Counted from the stretch's first letter, positions 9,308 to 20,501 are shown. The stretch: DNA of 64,000 bases from Planctomycetota bacterium (GCA_044222185.1 JBGANV010000004.1:96001-160000); one strand, 5' to 3'. Notes: a model not told the origin generated them from the sequence alone. Made by a program: numbers and translations.

Positions 9308-10726
9308 TCACTCCCGTTTGATCTGGGTTCCGTCGTTGAGACCGGCCGGTGGCGAGACGACGACGAGTTCGCCGCCTGAAAGCCCCGACTCGATCACGAC
9401 GTTGGTTTTGCGTTCCTCGCCCGTCTTCACCGGCGTGAACCTCACGCTGTCACCCGTGACGACGAACACGCCGCGTCGGCCGTCGATCGTCATGAGCGCG
9501 TCGCTGGGTGCGAGGATTTGCGGCGCGGCAAGGCTTTCGGCCGCGTCGCGGAGAAAGACGACCCGCCCGCCCATCTCGGGCAGCACGCGATCGTCGAGAT
9601 TGTCGAACGTCACCTTCACGAGCACGGTTGCTTTTTGGCGGTCGGCGGTGGGCTCGACCTGGCGAACCTTGCCGGGCATGGGCGCGTCCGGATAGGCGTC
9701 AAGGTAGATGCGGGCGGGTGCTCCGTCCTTCACGAGATGGAGGTCGCGCTCGAACACGTCGACTTCGATCTCGAGCGTCGTGAAATCGGCGAGCGTCACC
9801 ACCGCTCCGCGCGTCGAGCCGCCCCCCATCAGCGCCGGCACGACCATCTCGCCGATGTCCGCTTCCTTGCGCAGGACGACGGCGTCGAACTCGGCATGGA
9901 GTTCGGTGTCGGCCAGATTCGACCGGGCTGTCGTCAGCTGGGCCTCGGCACGCTTCGTCGCCTGGGCGGCCACGGGGATCCGCGCCTTCTGGCCGAAGAC
10001 CTCGGCCTGCGCCTCCGCCAGGGCAGCCTCGGCGGATTGGATGCGCGTGCGGGCGCTGGCGATGTTGGCCTTCATGAGGTCGCGTTTGTACACGGCCTGG
10101 GCGACAGCCTCCGGCGTCCCGGCGCCGCGGGCCATCAAGTCCTGCTCGCGCTTGACGATACGCTCGGCCTCGGTCACCTCGACCGTCCACTGATCGACCG
10201 TCGCCTTCATCTCGTCGATGCCAAGGCGCTGCTTGGCAACCGTTCGCTCGGCGATGGTCACTCGAACGTTCGCCGCCGTCTCCTCAGCCTTCGACTCCTC
10301 GAGCTGGGCTGACGCGTGGTCGACGGCGGCGCGGTAGATCTCGTCATCCAGCTTGGCGATGAGGTCGCCCTTCTTCACGCGGCTACCCACGTCGACGCGC
10401 AGATCGATCAGTCGCCCCGACAGCTTGCTCGACACCGACGCCTTGCGGCGGGCGACCACATACCCCGTGGCGTTCGTCAGTTCGGACGAAGCGCCGGGGC
10501 GCGTCTTGATGATCGCCGCCGTCTTCACGGGGACGGCCCGCATCCCCGCAACCAGGGGCTGGATGCGTGGCCACGCGACGTAGGCCGCGCCGCCGAGGAG
10601 TGCCAGCGTGATCCCCAGGCCCCAAGGGAATCCACGACGGCGTCGTCCGGGCTTGCGGGACTCCCGCGAGCGGTCGATCCTGAGCAGTCCGATGTCACCC
10701 TGGATGGGAGTCGCGGTGTCGGGCAT
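9308..10726 (-). CDS. Efflux periplasmic adaptor subunit (MacA/HlyD family)
   Basis: Single TM, ATGYVV, VDVGSRVKKGDLIAKL lipoyl half-motif, long coiled coil; start chosen at MPDTAT (10726). Confidence 0.9.
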   Translation of the reverse strand: MPDTATPIQGDIGLLRIDRSRESRKPGRRRRGFPWGLGITLALLGGAAYVAWPRIQPLVAGMRAVPVKTAAIIKTRPGASSELTNATGYVVARRKASVSSKLSGRLIDLRVDVGSRVKKGDLIAKLDDEIYRAAVDHASAQLEESKAEETAANVRVTIAERTVAKQRLGIDEMKATVDQWTVEVTEAERIVKREQDLMARGAGTPEAVAQAVYKRDLMKANIASARTRIQSAEAALAEAQAEVFGQKARIPVAAQATKRAEAQLTTARSNLADTELHAEFDAVVLRKEADIGEMVVPALMGGGSTRGAVVTLADFTTLEIEVDVFERDLHLVKDGAPARIYLDAYPDAPMPGKVRQVEPTADRQKATVLVKVTFDNLDDRVLPEMGGRVVFLRDAAESLAAPQILAPSDALMTIDGRRGVFVVTGDSVRFTPVKTGEERKTNVVIESGLSGGELVVVSPPAGLNDGTQIKRE

Positions 10727-10818
10727 GGCCGGGGATCCTACGAGGGGGGAACGACACCAAGAAGACTGGGGACAGGCGGGTGAAACACGCGAGACCGGAT
10801 GCGACACTTTCACCGCAC

Positions 10819-12033
10819 ATGAAACCCCAGGACTTGCGCGCTCACTTCCCGGCGTTGGACCGCGGGCTCGTCTTCCTCGATTGGGCGGCGACGGGACTCG
10901 TCCCCAGCGGGACGCAGACGGCGATCCACCGCTACGTGGACGACCTCGCCACGTGTCCGACGGCGGCGTCGACCCACGTGCACGCGGCGCAGGCGGCCAC
11001 GCGCAACCGCGCGCGCGAACAGGTCGGCGGCATCTTGAATGCCAAGCCTGACGACGTCGCCCTCGTCGCGAACACGACCGAGGGATTGCAGATCGCCTCC
11101 GAGTGCATCCGGCTTCAGCCGGGCGACAACGTCCTCGTCGCCGAGCACGATTATCTCGCGGTTGCCCTCCCTTGGCTCCAGCGGCGCCGCAGCGACAAGA
11201 TCGAGGTCCGGCAGGTTCCTGGGCGACCGGGCGAGCTCATGCACGTCGACGACATGCTGAAGCTCATCGACGACCGCACGCGCGTCGTGGCGGTGTCGAC
11301 CGTGGGGTGGACCACCGGTGCGCTGCTGGACCTGCCCGCGATCGCCGGCGAAGTGCGCGCCCGGGGGCTCCTGCTCGTCGTCGACGGAGTGCAGACGTTC
11401 GGCGTCGTGCCCGTCGACATGAAGCAGACGGAGGTGTCTTATTACTCCGTCGGCGGTCACAAATGGTTGTGCTCCACGCTCGGTGCCGGCTTCCTCTACG
11501 TGAACCCCTTCGTCGCCGCGCGCTCTCGCCCAACCCGATTCGGGTTCCTCGCCGGGCTCCCCTCGACCCACCGCAACTGGTGGGAGTGGTTCACGAGCGG
11601 CACCGCGTCCCTCGACGAGGAGGTCGTGTTCCCGTCCGTGGGGCGGTCGTTCGAGTCCGGCGGAACGCCGAGCTACCCGGGTGCAATCGGCATCGCCGAG
11701 ATGACGGAGTTGATCGGCAAGGTGGGCGTTCCCGCGATCGCCGATCACGTGCGCGCGCTTGGGACCGATCTGATCCAGGGGTTGGACGCGCTCGGGCTGC
11801 GCGTGTTGACGCCGCGCGAACCGGAGCGGCGCGCGGGGATCGTCGTCTTCGTCACCCCTGGAGCACGAGAGGGTGACCTGGCCCTGGTCGAGAAGCTGAA
11901 GGATCGGCGGATCGCCGTGAGCGCGCGGTGGGCGAAGGGCGTCGGCGGCGTGCGGGTGTCGATGCACGCCATGAACCTGCCGGAGGACGTGGACCGCCTC
12001 CTGGTGGCGCTGAAGGAGATCCTGCGTTCGTGA
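10819..12033 (+). CDS. Aminotransferase class V PLP-dependent enzyme (desulfurase/lyase-like, no catalytic Cys)
   Basis: FLDWAATG, VDGVQ, GGHKW (PLP Lys), FESGGTP, VRVSMH. Confidence 0.85.
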   Translation: MKPQDLRAHFPALDRGLVFLDWAATGLVPSGTQTAIHRYVDDLATCPTAASTHVHAAQAATRNRAREQVGGILNAKPDDVALVANTTEGLQIASECIRLQPGDNVLVAEHDYLAVALPWLQRRRSDKIEVRQVPGRPGELMHVDDMLKLIDDRTRVVAVSTVGWTTGALLDLPAIAGEVRARGLLLVVDGVQTFGVVPVDMKQTEVSYYSVGGHKWLCSTLGAGFLYVNPFVAARSRPTRFGFLAGLPSTHRNWWEWFTSGTASLDEEVVFPSVGRSFESGGTPSYPGAIGIAEMTELIGKVGVPAIADHVRALGTDLIQGLDALGLRVLTPREPERRAGIVVFVTPGAREGDLALVEKLKDRRIAVSARWAKGVGGVRVSMHAMNLPEDVDRLLVALKEILRS

Positions 12034-12063
12034 CGGCTGGGAGCGTTCGCGGCCCGGGCAGCA

Positions 12064-12396
12064 TCAGGACCCGACGGGCGGCCGCTCGACCTCGCGCCGG
12101 AAGAGCACCGGGTCGACCTTCCCGAAGAACCTCTTGCGGCCGTTGACGAAAACGACGGGCACTTCGTTTCCGTAGAGGCTCAGTCGCTCGGCGTCGTCCG
12201 TGATGTCCACGAGTTCGAGCTCGAATGGCACGCGCTTGCGCACGGCGTTCACGACGTCGAGCGCGGTCACGCACAGGCAGCAGTTCCGCGTCTTGTAGAA
12301 GACGACTCTGGGCGCCGGTCCACGTCGGCGACGGAACAGCGACCAGAGGCTGAAAGCTTCCCGCTTCTTTTGGTGGTCGTTAGGATCGGCGGCCAT
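12064..12396 (-). CDS. Glutaredoxin-like protein (DUF836 type)
   Basis: FYKTRNCCLC, ELVDIT, YGNEVPVV. Confidence 0.8.
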   Translation of the reverse strand: MAADPNDHQKKREAFSLWSLFRRRRGPAPRVVFYKTRNCCLCVTALDVVNAVRKRVPFELELVDITDDAERLSLYGNEVPVVFVNGRKRFFGKVDPVLFRREVERPPVGS

Positions 12397-13138
12397 GTCG
12401 GGTCCCAGCGTTTCGATCGACGGAGCGCGGCTGTCGGGCCGCGAGCGCGAAGTCTACGTCGCGTCCATGTTCGACCGCATCGCGCGACCGTACGACCGCC
12501 TCAACACGCTCATCAGCCTGGGGCGGGACCGAAGCTGGCGCGCGCTCGGCGTGAAGATGGCGGGAATCGGCCCGGGGGCACGCGTCGCGGATCTCGGATG
12601 TGGCACGGGTGAGTTTCTCCTGGCTCTGAAGCACGCCGCCGGGCCCACCGGTGAGGTGGTCGGCGTGGACATCGCCGATCGCATGCTGGACGTCGCCCGC
12701 GAGAAGGTGCGACGGGCGGGGTTCGCGGGCGTGCGACTCGTGCACGGCAACGCGGCGGACACCGGATTGCCTGTCGACTTCGCGGATGCGGTCACCATGG
12801 GCTGGGTTCTGCGCAACGTGGGCGATCGGCCGGCGACCTATCGCGAAGTGCTCCGCGTGCTGAAGCCCGGTGGACGGTTCGTGTCGCTCGATTGCGCACG
12901 CATCGCGTCGCCGATCGTCCGCCTCGGACACCGGATCTATCTCCACGGGGTCATGCCCTTGCTCGTGCGCATGTCCGGAGGGGACCGCGAGTCCTACCGC
13001 TACCTGGCGAATTCGACGGATCGCTTCCTCACTCCGGCGGAACTCGACGGAGAACTCCTCGGGGCAGGCTTCCGCGACGTGAAGCACCGGCTCCTCATGT
13101 GCGGGTCCATCGCCATTCACGTGGGGACGAAGCCGTGA
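12395..13138 (+). CDS. ubiE: Ubiquinone/menaquinone biosynthesis C-methyltransferase UbiE/MenG
   Basis: MFDRIARPYDRLNTLISLG, DLGCGTG, RVLKPGG, YRYLANS. Confidence 0.88.
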   Translation: MSGPSVSIDGARLSGREREVYVASMFDRIARPYDRLNTLISLGRDRSWRALGVKMAGIGPGARVADLGCGTGEFLLALKHAAGPTGEVVGVDIADRMLDVAREKVRRAGFAGVRLVHGNAADTGLPVDFADAVTMGWVLRNVGDRPATYREVLRVLKPGGRFVSLDCARIASPIVRLGHRIYLHGVMPLLVRMSGGDRESYRYLANSTDRFLTPAELDGELLGAGFRDVKHRLLMCGSIAIHVGTKP

Positions 13139-13827
13139 GCACGACGAAGAAGCGCGGCGACGACGCGGCGGCTCGCCAGAACATCACGACGACCCTGCTG
13201 GTCCGCACCGCCAAGCTCGATCAGCGAGCCATGACGGACCTCATGTCCCGCATCCGTCCGCGCATCGTGAACATGGTGCGGGCCCTCGTGAAGGATCAGG
13301 GTGAGACCATCGACGACTACGTGGCCGAGTGCGTGTTGTCGGTCGTGCGCGGATTCGACGGGTTCTCCTTGCGGCCGGGCGCCAGCTTCAACGGATGGCT
13401 GTCGGTGATCGTGCGCAACAAGATCGTCGACTTGTTCCGCCGCCGCGGTCAGCAACCCGTTCCGCTCGGCGAGCCCGACTCGGAGAACCCGGTGATGGTG
13501 GTCTCCGCCAGCGATCCGTCGCCGAGCACGATCGCCATGCGGCGCGAGGGTGATCAGCTCGTGGCGCAACTCCTTCAGCCCGGCGCCGAGGCGTCATCTG
13601 CGAAGGGCGATGGTCCGCTCGAACAGCTCGTCGAGCAGGTGCAGCGGTTGCCGCCGCACCAGCGCGCCGTTCTCGTTCGCCGCGTGCTCCTCGACGCGTC
13701 GTTCAAGGAGATCGCGACGGAGCTCGGGATCTCGGAGGCCAACGCCCGCATGCGCTACATGTTCGCCCGCCGCACGCTGCTCGCGCGGCTTTCGGCGGGC
13801 GGCGACGCGCCGCGGGCGGGTGGGTGA
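13135..13827 (+). CDS. ECF-type RNA polymerase sigma factor
   Basis: GTG start overlaps ubiE stop; FNGWLSVIVRNKIVDLFRR (region 2), PSPS, LPPHQRAVL...SFKEIATELGISEANAR (region 4). Confidence 0.85.
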   Translation: MSTTKKRGDDAAARQNITTTLLVRTAKLDQRAMTDLMSRIRPRIVNMVRALVKDQGETIDDYVAECVLSVVRGFDGFSLRPGASFNGWLSVIVRNKIVDLFRRRGQQPVPLGEPDSENPVMVVSASDPSPSTIAMRREGDQLVAQLLQPGAEASSAKGDGPLEQLVEQVQRLPPHQRAVLVRRVLLDASFKEIATELGISEANARMRYMFARRTLLARLSAGGDAPRAGG

Positions 13828-13846
13828 CTCCTTCCCGCGGCGACGC

Positions 13847-16309
13847 CTACTTCGTCGGACGCGACTGGGTCCAGGCTTCCCATTCGGCCTTCTGCGACAG
13901 GTAGTCGCGGATCGACTTCAGGGCTTCGTTCGCAGCGCCTCTCATTTGCGGCTCCGGGTCCTTCAGCGCCTCGATGAGGTGAGGAACGGCCCTCATGGAG
14001 TAGGTCGAGAGCGCTGCCCTCACGGCGGCAAGTCGGACGCTGAGCTCGGCGTGCATGAGGAACGGAGTGACCTCCGGGAGAGCCGCCTCCGGGAGCGGGA
14101 CGGTGCACGTGAGTGCGCCGAACACGACTTCCTCCGCGGCCGGCGGACGGCGATCGCGCGCCAGTGCCAGGATCTCGCGTGCGACCGCTGCGCCGCTGCC
14201 GCCCAGCGACCGCAGGAAGCGTTCGACGTCGCTCGAGGTAAATGAACCGGCGACGATCCGTTCGACGAGCGCCGCTCGAACCGCATCGTTCGATGCCAGG
14301 TTGGGGGCTTCGAGGAGACGCGCGAGCGTCTCCGGCGGCGCCTCGCGCACGACGGTGGCGATCCTGTCGAAGTCCGCGTCCTTCGCGAACGGTGCCGACG
14401 CCACGACGGCCTCGACGCGGATGGCGGGGAGCTTGTGGGTGATGAGCGGCGTCAGGCGCGTCGCAGCGTTCTTTCCGGCGGTCTGGGCGATCATGTACAC
14501 CAGGCCGGTGGCCAACGCTTCGTGCGTCGTCGATTCAGCGAGTGCGACCGCGGCGTCGAGTTGATCTGCCGTGATCTTGCGTTTCGCCACGTTCATGAAG
14601 GCTTCGACGAACACGTCCTGAGCTCCATCGAGCGCCTTGAGGAGCGCGGGCACGTCGGATGGCGTCAACCACCGGGCGACGGAGGCAGGTAGGCGCTCGA
14701 GCACCAGCGCCCTCGTGGGGTCATTCAGACGCGCCGCGAGGAGCGCCTGCAGGCTGGGCAGGGTCGACGCGTCGTTCCACTTGGCGATGGCGTCGACGGC
14801 GAAGGCTCGAACGCTCTTTGGTCCGTCGATCGATGGGATCCGCTCGGTAATGAGCGCGCGGGTGAGCGGCCCGACGACCGACGAGTCGCCTTGCTCGATG
14901 AGTGTCCGCAGGACTTCCTGACCGTCCTCGTGCGCAAGGTAGTAGAGCAGGTCGCCAAGCAGCGGGATCAGGCGCTTCGGCGCGACGCGGCGCACGTAGT
15001 CGACTGCGGTGCGGCGATCTTCCGTCGTGCCGAACGACTTGCGTGCCAGCTGCTCGACGACGATGTCCTCGGCGCCCGAATCCTGGCACCGTCGCAGCAG
15101 GCTGAACGGACGTGCGTTGTGTCCGTCGGGGGTGAACTGAAGCAGGGAAGCGATTGCCGCCGCGGGCACATCTGCGCTCATTCCCTGCAGCGCGTTGAGG
15201 GCGTCGTTTCTCGTGCGCTCGCTGGCCAGGCCTTGGATCAGGATGCTTGGCCACTTGATGCGGAAGTCGATGGTCGCCGTGATGAACGCCGACTTCGATG
15301 GCTCGGGCAGTCTCGCGAAGAACGCCGACGCGACGGCATCCGTGATGCCGTCGTTGCGCGACATCCACGTTCGAACCGCGGTCGTCGCGATGTCGGCGTT
15401 GGGCGACGCGGCCCAGGCTTCCAGGAGCGGGCCGACCTCGTCGACGGCCGACATGGACTTCAACCCGAGGACCACGATCGCCGTGCGCGGTGCGAGCGTC
15501 TTTGGCGACTCGACGAGTTCGCGGATGGCGGCCACGACTCGCGGACGTTCGCTCGGGATCGTCGCGAGCGCCGTCAGTCCTGCGATCCGAAGGGCTTCGA
15601 TGGGACTCCCCGCGGCGCGATCGCCAAGTCGCTTGCGCGGTTCCGCCGGAAGGTATCGGATCGCGTCGGCGGCGAGCCGCGCGAGGTAACCTTGGTCGCC
15701 CGTCGTGCCGAGCAGGGATTCGATGAACCCCGGCAATTCGTCGTCCGGGCTCGACGTCAGCAGCTCGAGGATCGCGCGCGCACCTACGGGGCCGACCTTC
15801 GTGATGTGCTTGCGGAGCACCGGTGCCACGAGGACACCGAGCGAATTGAGTTCGTTCTTCGCGCGGTACGCCGCGTCGGACTCCGTCCCGCTGGCGGTGC
15901 CGTCCAGCTTGAGGATCAGGCGAAGGAGCGGATCGTCGCCAGCGACGGCCTGCTGCTGGAGGACGGAGGATAGTTGCGAGGCGCGCACCTTGGCCCAGGA
16001 GCCGTAGGGCTCGCGCGCGCTCGCCAGTTTCTTGGCCTCGTCGAGGGCCTTCGTTGGCTCGCCCGCCTCTTCGAGCAGCGCCACCAGTCGTGCTCGGAGT
16101 CGCAGCGGCGCGTCCGCCCCCGCCGCCGAGATCGACTGCTGGAGGGACGTCAGCGCCCCGACCGGATCACCGTGAATCTCTGCCGTGAGGAGGGCTCGGA
16201 CATCCTTGTCGATGGTTGCCGCGTCCCTCGCGTCGTCGTTCTGCGCCACGGCGATCCCGGCCACGAGCCCCACGATCATCACACGCATCATCAGGTCGAT
16301 TGTCTTCAT
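13847..16309 (-). CDS. Exported HEAT-repeat protein
   Basis: Signal peptide ending IAVA-Q; repeats such as AVPHLIEALKDPEPQMRGAANEAL; GGAGG RBS. Confidence 0.8.
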   Translation of the reverse strand: MKTIDLMMRVMIVGLVAGIAVAQNDDARDAATIDKDVRALLTAEIHGDPVGALTSLQQSISAAGADAPLRLRARLVALLEEAGEPTKALDEAKKLASAREPYGSWAKVRASQLSSVLQQQAVAGDDPLLRLILKLDGTASGTESDAAYRAKNELNSLGVLVAPVLRKHITKVGPVGARAILELLTSSPDDELPGFIESLLGTTGDQGYLARLAADAIRYLPAEPRKRLGDRAAGSPIEALRIAGLTALATIPSERPRVVAAIRELVESPKTLAPRTAIVVLGLKSMSAVDEVGPLLEAWAASPNADIATTAVRTWMSRNDGITDAVASAFFARLPEPSKSAFITATIDFRIKWPSILIQGLASERTRNDALNALQGMSADVPAAAIASLLQFTPDGHNARPFSLLRRCQDSGAEDIVVEQLARKSFGTTEDRRTAVDYVRRVAPKRLIPLLGDLLYYLAHEDGQEVLRTLIEQGDSSVVGPLTRALITERIPSIDGPKSVRAFAVDAIAKWNDASTLPSLQALLAARLNDPTRALVLERLPASVARWLTPSDVPALLKALDGAQDVFVEAFMNVAKRKITADQLDAAVALAESTTHEALATGLVYMIAQTAGKNAATRLTPLITHKLPAIRVEAVVASAPFAKDADFDRIATVVREAPPETLARLLEAPNLASNDAVRAALVERIVAGSFTSSDVERFLRSLGGSGAAVAREILALARDRRPPAAEEVVFGALTCTVPLPEAALPEVTPFLMHAELSVRLAAVRAALSTYSMRAVPHLIEALKDPEPQMRGAANEALKSIRDYLSQKAEWEAWTQSRPTK

Positions 16310-16707
16310 GACGTGCCTCCGACTGCTTTCGACGTGATGGTGCCCGGGAGTTTCCCGGCAGATGTCATGAGGAGGTCAAATCTGGTTGATGCAATGAGGC
16401 CAATACCCCCCGACATCGGCGGCCGAAATCCGTCGCCATCCTCGTCGCGTTCTCGATGGAGATCGCAGCTCGCGGCGCGAAGGATGGGGCATCGCCGGCC
16501 GCGTTCACTCGCCGGCGGTCTCTGGGCCGAGACCCCTGCCGCATCACGTGAGCGCTTCGCGTCGCCGGCGACATCGACGACGATGTGCTCGCGGACCTCG
16601 TGCGAGCCGTCGGCGCGATCCATTCATCGCGTGAATGATGATCATGCACGGCGTGAGTGAATTGCACGGACAGCGTTGCCGACGGGGCCGGTCGACGGGC
16701 CCGCCGG

Positions 16708-17931
16708 TCAGCGCCGCGCGTACTTGCGCGTCACGTAGTCCTCGACGAGGCGCGTGAAGTCGGCGGCGATCGTCGGGCCCTGCAGCGTGACGGCCTTCTC
16801 GCCGTCGATGTAGACCGGCGCCTTGGGATCCTCACCGGTTCCCGGGAGCGAGATGCCGATGTTGGCGGCGCGACTTTCGCCGGGGCCGTTCACGACGCAG
16901 CCCATGACGGCGACGAGCATCTCTTCCACGCCTTGGTGCTGCTTCTTCCAGTCAGGCATGCGCCGACCGAGGTAGGCCTCGATCTGCTGCGCGAGCTCCT
17001 GGAAGAACGTGCTCGTGGTGCGGCCACAGCCGGGGCACGCCGTGACCATGGGCATGAAGCTGCGGATGCCGAGCGTTTGAAGCACCTGCTGGCACACCTT
17101 CACCTCGAGCGTGCGGTCGCCGTTCGGTTCCGGAGTGAGGCTCGCGCGGATCGTCTCACCGATGCCCTTCGTGAGCAGCATGGTGAGCGCGGCCGTCGTG
17201 GCGACGATACCCTTGCTGCCCATGCCGGCTTCCGTGAGTCCCAGGTGAAGCGGGAACTGGCACCTCGCGGCCAGCGACTCGTAGGCCGCGACCATGTGAT
17301 GAATCTGACTCGCCTTCACCGAGAGGATGATGCGCTCCGCCGGCATGCCGAGCTTCACGGCGCCCTCGGCGGATCGGAGCGCGCTCTGCACCATGGCTTC
17401 ACGGAGCACGCTGTCCGCATCGTCCGGCGCCGGCTTCTTGGCGTTCTCGTCCATCAGCCGGTCGAGGAGTTCGGGGTCGAGCGAGCCCGCGTTGACGCCG
17501 ATCCGCACGGGCTTCCCGTAGTCGTTCGCCACCCTGATCATCGTGGCGAAGTTGTCGTCGTGGCTGTGCCCGCGGCCCACGTTGCCCGGGTTGATCCGGT
17601 ACTTGTCGAGGGCCTCGGCGCAGTCCTTGTACTCACGCAGCAACTGGTGGCCGTTGTAATGGAAGTCGCCGATGAGGGGCACGTGGACGCCCAGGTCGTG
17701 GATGCGGTTCTTGATCTCCGCCACGCGCTTCGCCGCCTCGCGCGTGTTGACCGTGATCCGCACCAGCTCGGAGCCCGCGCGCGCCAGCTCTGCGACCTGC
17801 TGTGCGGTTTTCTCCGCATCCTCCGTATCCGTGTTGGTCATGGACTGGACGACGACCGGATACTCGCCCCCGACGGGGACGCCGCCCACGCGGCAGACCA
17901 GGCTCTTCCGACGTTGAATCGTGTGCGACAT
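16708..17931 (-). CDS. ispG: (E)-4-hydroxy-3-methylbut-2-enyl diphosphate synthase
   Basis: [55 protein letters not shown]. Confidence 0.97.
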   Translation of the reverse strand: MSHTIQRRKSLVCRVGGVPVGGEYPVVVQSMTNTDTEDAEKTAQQVAELARAGSELVRITVNTREAAKRVAEIKNRIHDLGVHVPLIGDFHYNGHQLLREYKDCAEALDKYRINPGNVGRGHSHDDNFATMIRVANDYGKPVRIGVNAGSLDPELLDRLMDENAKKPAPDDADSVLREAMVQSALRSAEGAVKLGMPAERIILSVKASQIHHMVAAYESLAARCQFPLHLGLTEAGMGSKGIVATTAALTMLLTKGIGETIRASLTPEPNGDRTLEVKVCQQVLQTLGIRSFMPMVTACPGCGRTTSTFFQELAQQIEAYLGRRMPDWKKQHQGVEEMLVAVMGCVVNGPGESRAANIGISLPGTGEDPKAPVYIDGEKAVTLQGPTIAADFTRLVEDYVTRKYARR

Positions 17932-18047
17932 GGAGGCGGCATCCTAACGCGCACCGTCGGAGGTTCCGGCCCCTTGAAGCCGTCCGGACCGACCCCCAGA
18001 CTCTGCCGTCGCCGAGCGGCCCAACAGGAAGAGGAGACCTCATCACC

Positions 18048-19541
18048 ATGTCACGATCGCTCTTTGCCGTGCTGAACCAGCGCTTCGGACGTCCCGTGGA
18101 CACCGTCACCCGGCGCGAGATGCTGAAGACGACGCTCGCGACGGGTGCGGGGCTTCTCCTGAGCTCCCGGCTCGGATTCACCCAGGACGCCGAGAGCAAG
18201 CCCAAGGGCAAGCGGATCGTGGTCATCGGCGCCGGGTTCGCGGGCCTGGCCGCGGCGTTCGAACTCCTGACGGCCGGCTACGACGTGACGGTGGTCGAAG
18301 CCCGCAACCGCGTCGGCGGGCGCGTCCTGAGCTTCTCCGATTTCGTCGACGGCAAGAACGTGGAAGGCGGCGCCGAGCTCATCGGCTCGAACCATCCCAC
18401 CTGGGTCGCCTACGCGGACAAGTTCGGTCTCCAGTTCCTCGACGTGACGGAAGAGAAGGAACTCGAGGCGCCCATCATGCTTGGTGGCAAGAAGCTCACG
18501 GCCGAGGAATCGGAGAAGCTGTGGGCCGAGTTGGAGGAGGCCCACGGCCAGATGAATGCGGACGCGGAGAAGGTCGACGCCGCCGAGCCGTGGAAGTCGC
18601 CTGACGCTGCCGCCCTCGACCGCCGGACCACGGCCGATTGGGTCGCCGGTCTGAAGGTGTCGTCCAACTGCCAGCGGGCACTCACGTCCGAGCTGTCGGG
18701 CAACAACGGCGTGATGACGGCCTGGCAGAGCTACCTCGGCAACCTCGCCCAAGTGAAGGGTGGCGGCGTCGAGAAGTACTGGACCGAGAGCGAGGTCTAC
18801 CGCTGCAAGGGCGGAAACCAGCAGCTGGCGTTCAAACTCGCCGCAGCCGTGGGCGAGAAGCGCATCCAGCTCGGCACTCCCGTCAGCAGCGTGAGGCTCG
18901 GGGACAAGTCCGTGACGATCACGCTGGCGAGCGGCAAGGCCCTGGAGGCCGACGACGTCGTCGTCGCCGTGCCGCAGTCGACGTGGAACCGCATCGCATT
19001 CAACCCGCCGCTCCCGGCGGCGCTCTCGCTTCAAATGGGGACCGCGATCAAGTTCCTGATGGCGATGAAATCGCGGTTCTGGAAGGACGCGAAGCTCGCC
19101 GCGGATTCGCTGACGGACGGCCCCGTCTCCATGACGTGGGAGGGAACGGACGGGCAGCCCGGTGAAGTGGGCGCCGCGATGGTCGCGTTCTCCGGCGGCG
19201 GCGCGGCGGATCAATGCCGTGCGTGGCCGTCCGACCAAAGGACCGAGAACTACCTTCTGGAACTGGAGCGCCTGTACGGAGACGTCCGAAAGAGCTTCGT
19301 GAAGGCGCGCTTCATGGATTGGCCGTCCGAACCTCTGACGCGGGGCGGCTACTCGTTCCCGGCGCCGGGGCAGATCACCCTCGCTGGGCCTGCGCTGCGC
19401 GAAGGGATCGGCGGACGCGTTCACTTCGCGGGCGAACACACGAGCTTCGCGTTCGTGGGCTACATGGAGGGCGGCTTGAACTCCGGCGCGTCCGTCGCGC
19501 GCCGGCTGGCGCAGCGGGACGGAGTTGCCAAGGACAAATGA
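18048..19541 (+). CDS. Tat-exported flavin monoamine oxidase family protein
   Basis: TRREMLK Tat motif, VIGAGFAGLAAA, EARNRVGGR, FAGEHT, YMEGG; GAGGAG RBS. Confidence 0.9.
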   Translation: MSRSLFAVLNQRFGRPVDTVTRREMLKTTLATGAGLLLSSRLGFTQDAESKPKGKRIVVIGAGFAGLAAAFELLTAGYDVTVVEARNRVGGRVLSFSDFVDGKNVEGGAELIGSNHPTWVAYADKFGLQFLDVTEEKELEAPIMLGGKKLTAEESEKLWAELEEAHGQMNADAEKVDAAEPWKSPDAAALDRRTTADWVAGLKVSSNCQRALTSELSGNNGVMTAWQSYLGNLAQVKGGGVEKYWTESEVYRCKGGNQQLAFKLAAAVGEKRIQLGTPVSSVRLGDKSVTITLASGKALEADDVVVAVPQSTWNRIAFNPPLPAALSLQMGTAIKFLMAMKSRFWKDAKLAADSLTDGPVSMTWEGTDGQPGEVGAAMVAFSGGGAADQCRAWPSDQRTENYLLELERLYGDVRKSFVKARFMDWPSEPLTRGGYSFPAPGQITLAGPALREGIGGRVHFAGEHTSFAFVGYMEGGLNSGASVARRLAQRDGVAKDK

Positions 19542-19693
19542 GTCGCTCGAGGGGCCGCCGTCCCGCAGATTCGATGGACGCAACGTAATAGGATCTCACG
19601 TCCCGTGGCCGCGATTGACGCGCCGGGCGGTTGGTTTGGCTCCCGAGCTCACGAGCGCGCAGCGCGCAACGCCGGGACAGAAAGGGTGAAGAC

Positions 19694-20422
19694 GTGACTG
19701 GAAGCAAGCTGATCGGACTGGTCGTCGCCATCGTTGCCATCGCCTACTTCGCGTTCCCCGGCTTCAAGGCCAAGGTCGACGACGTGTACGACAAGCACGC
19801 CGGCTGGAACGAGGAAGCGCGCCGCAAGGATCCGGTCGGGTTCATGGATTACTCGATCAAGCGCCTCGGCGAGAACATCGACAAGTTCGAGTCGGCGAAG
19901 GCGTCATTGGGCTCCGCGAAGGCGAAACTCGACGAGCTCCAGCGGACGAACCAGGAGAAGCTTGCCTTCGCCGAGAAGCAGCTGAACGAGTTCAAGATGG
20001 CCTACAAGGCGGCGAAGGCCGACAACAAATGGCCACTCGAAGTTGCCGGCAAGAAGTACTCGGAAGCCGAGCTGAAGAGCCAGGTCGATCTCCTCTTGAG
20101 CCAGAAGGGTGGCTACGACGGCATCCTGAAGCAGGTCAGCACGGGGCTCGGCAGCGCCGAGAAGAAGCAGTTCGAGCTCGTCAACCGCATCAGCGAGAGC
20201 AAGTCCAAGCTCGGCCTCCTTCAGACTCAGAAGGAACTCGTGAAGGTCAATGCCCTCACGAAGGACACGGAGAAGATGCTCGCCGACGTGAACGAGGTGC
20301 TCGTCCAGAACGAGGCGATGGCGCAAGGATCCGCCGTTCGTACCGTCGAAGAGCTGATGCAGGAATCGAAGGCGGCGACCGACGCCGCTCACCCGAGCGC
20401 GGATGCGTTCCTGAACAGCTGA
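19694..20422 (+). CDS. Membrane-anchored coiled-coil protein (PspA/IM30-like architecture)
   Basis: N-terminal TM, then K/E/Q/L-rich helices; DPVGF and KWPLEVAGKKYS motifs shared with the next gene. Confidence 0.75.
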   Translation: MTGSKLIGLVVAIVAIAYFAFPGFKAKVDDVYDKHAGWNEEARRKDPVGFMDYSIKRLGENIDKFESAKASLGSAKAKLDELQRTNQEKLAFAEKQLNEFKMAYKAAKADNKWPLEVAGKKYSEAELKSQVDLLLSQKGGYDGILKQVSTGLGSAEKKQFELVNRISESKSKLGLLQTQKELVKVNALTKDTEKMLADVNEVLVQNEAMAQGSAVRTVEELMQESKAATDAAHPSADAFLNS

Positions 20423-20501
20423 TCGTTGGATCGCACCCACGGCGCGCCGACTGCCCACCGGGCCGCGGCGCGCCGACGTCATGGAGGAAAGGCGGCGGAA
20501 G

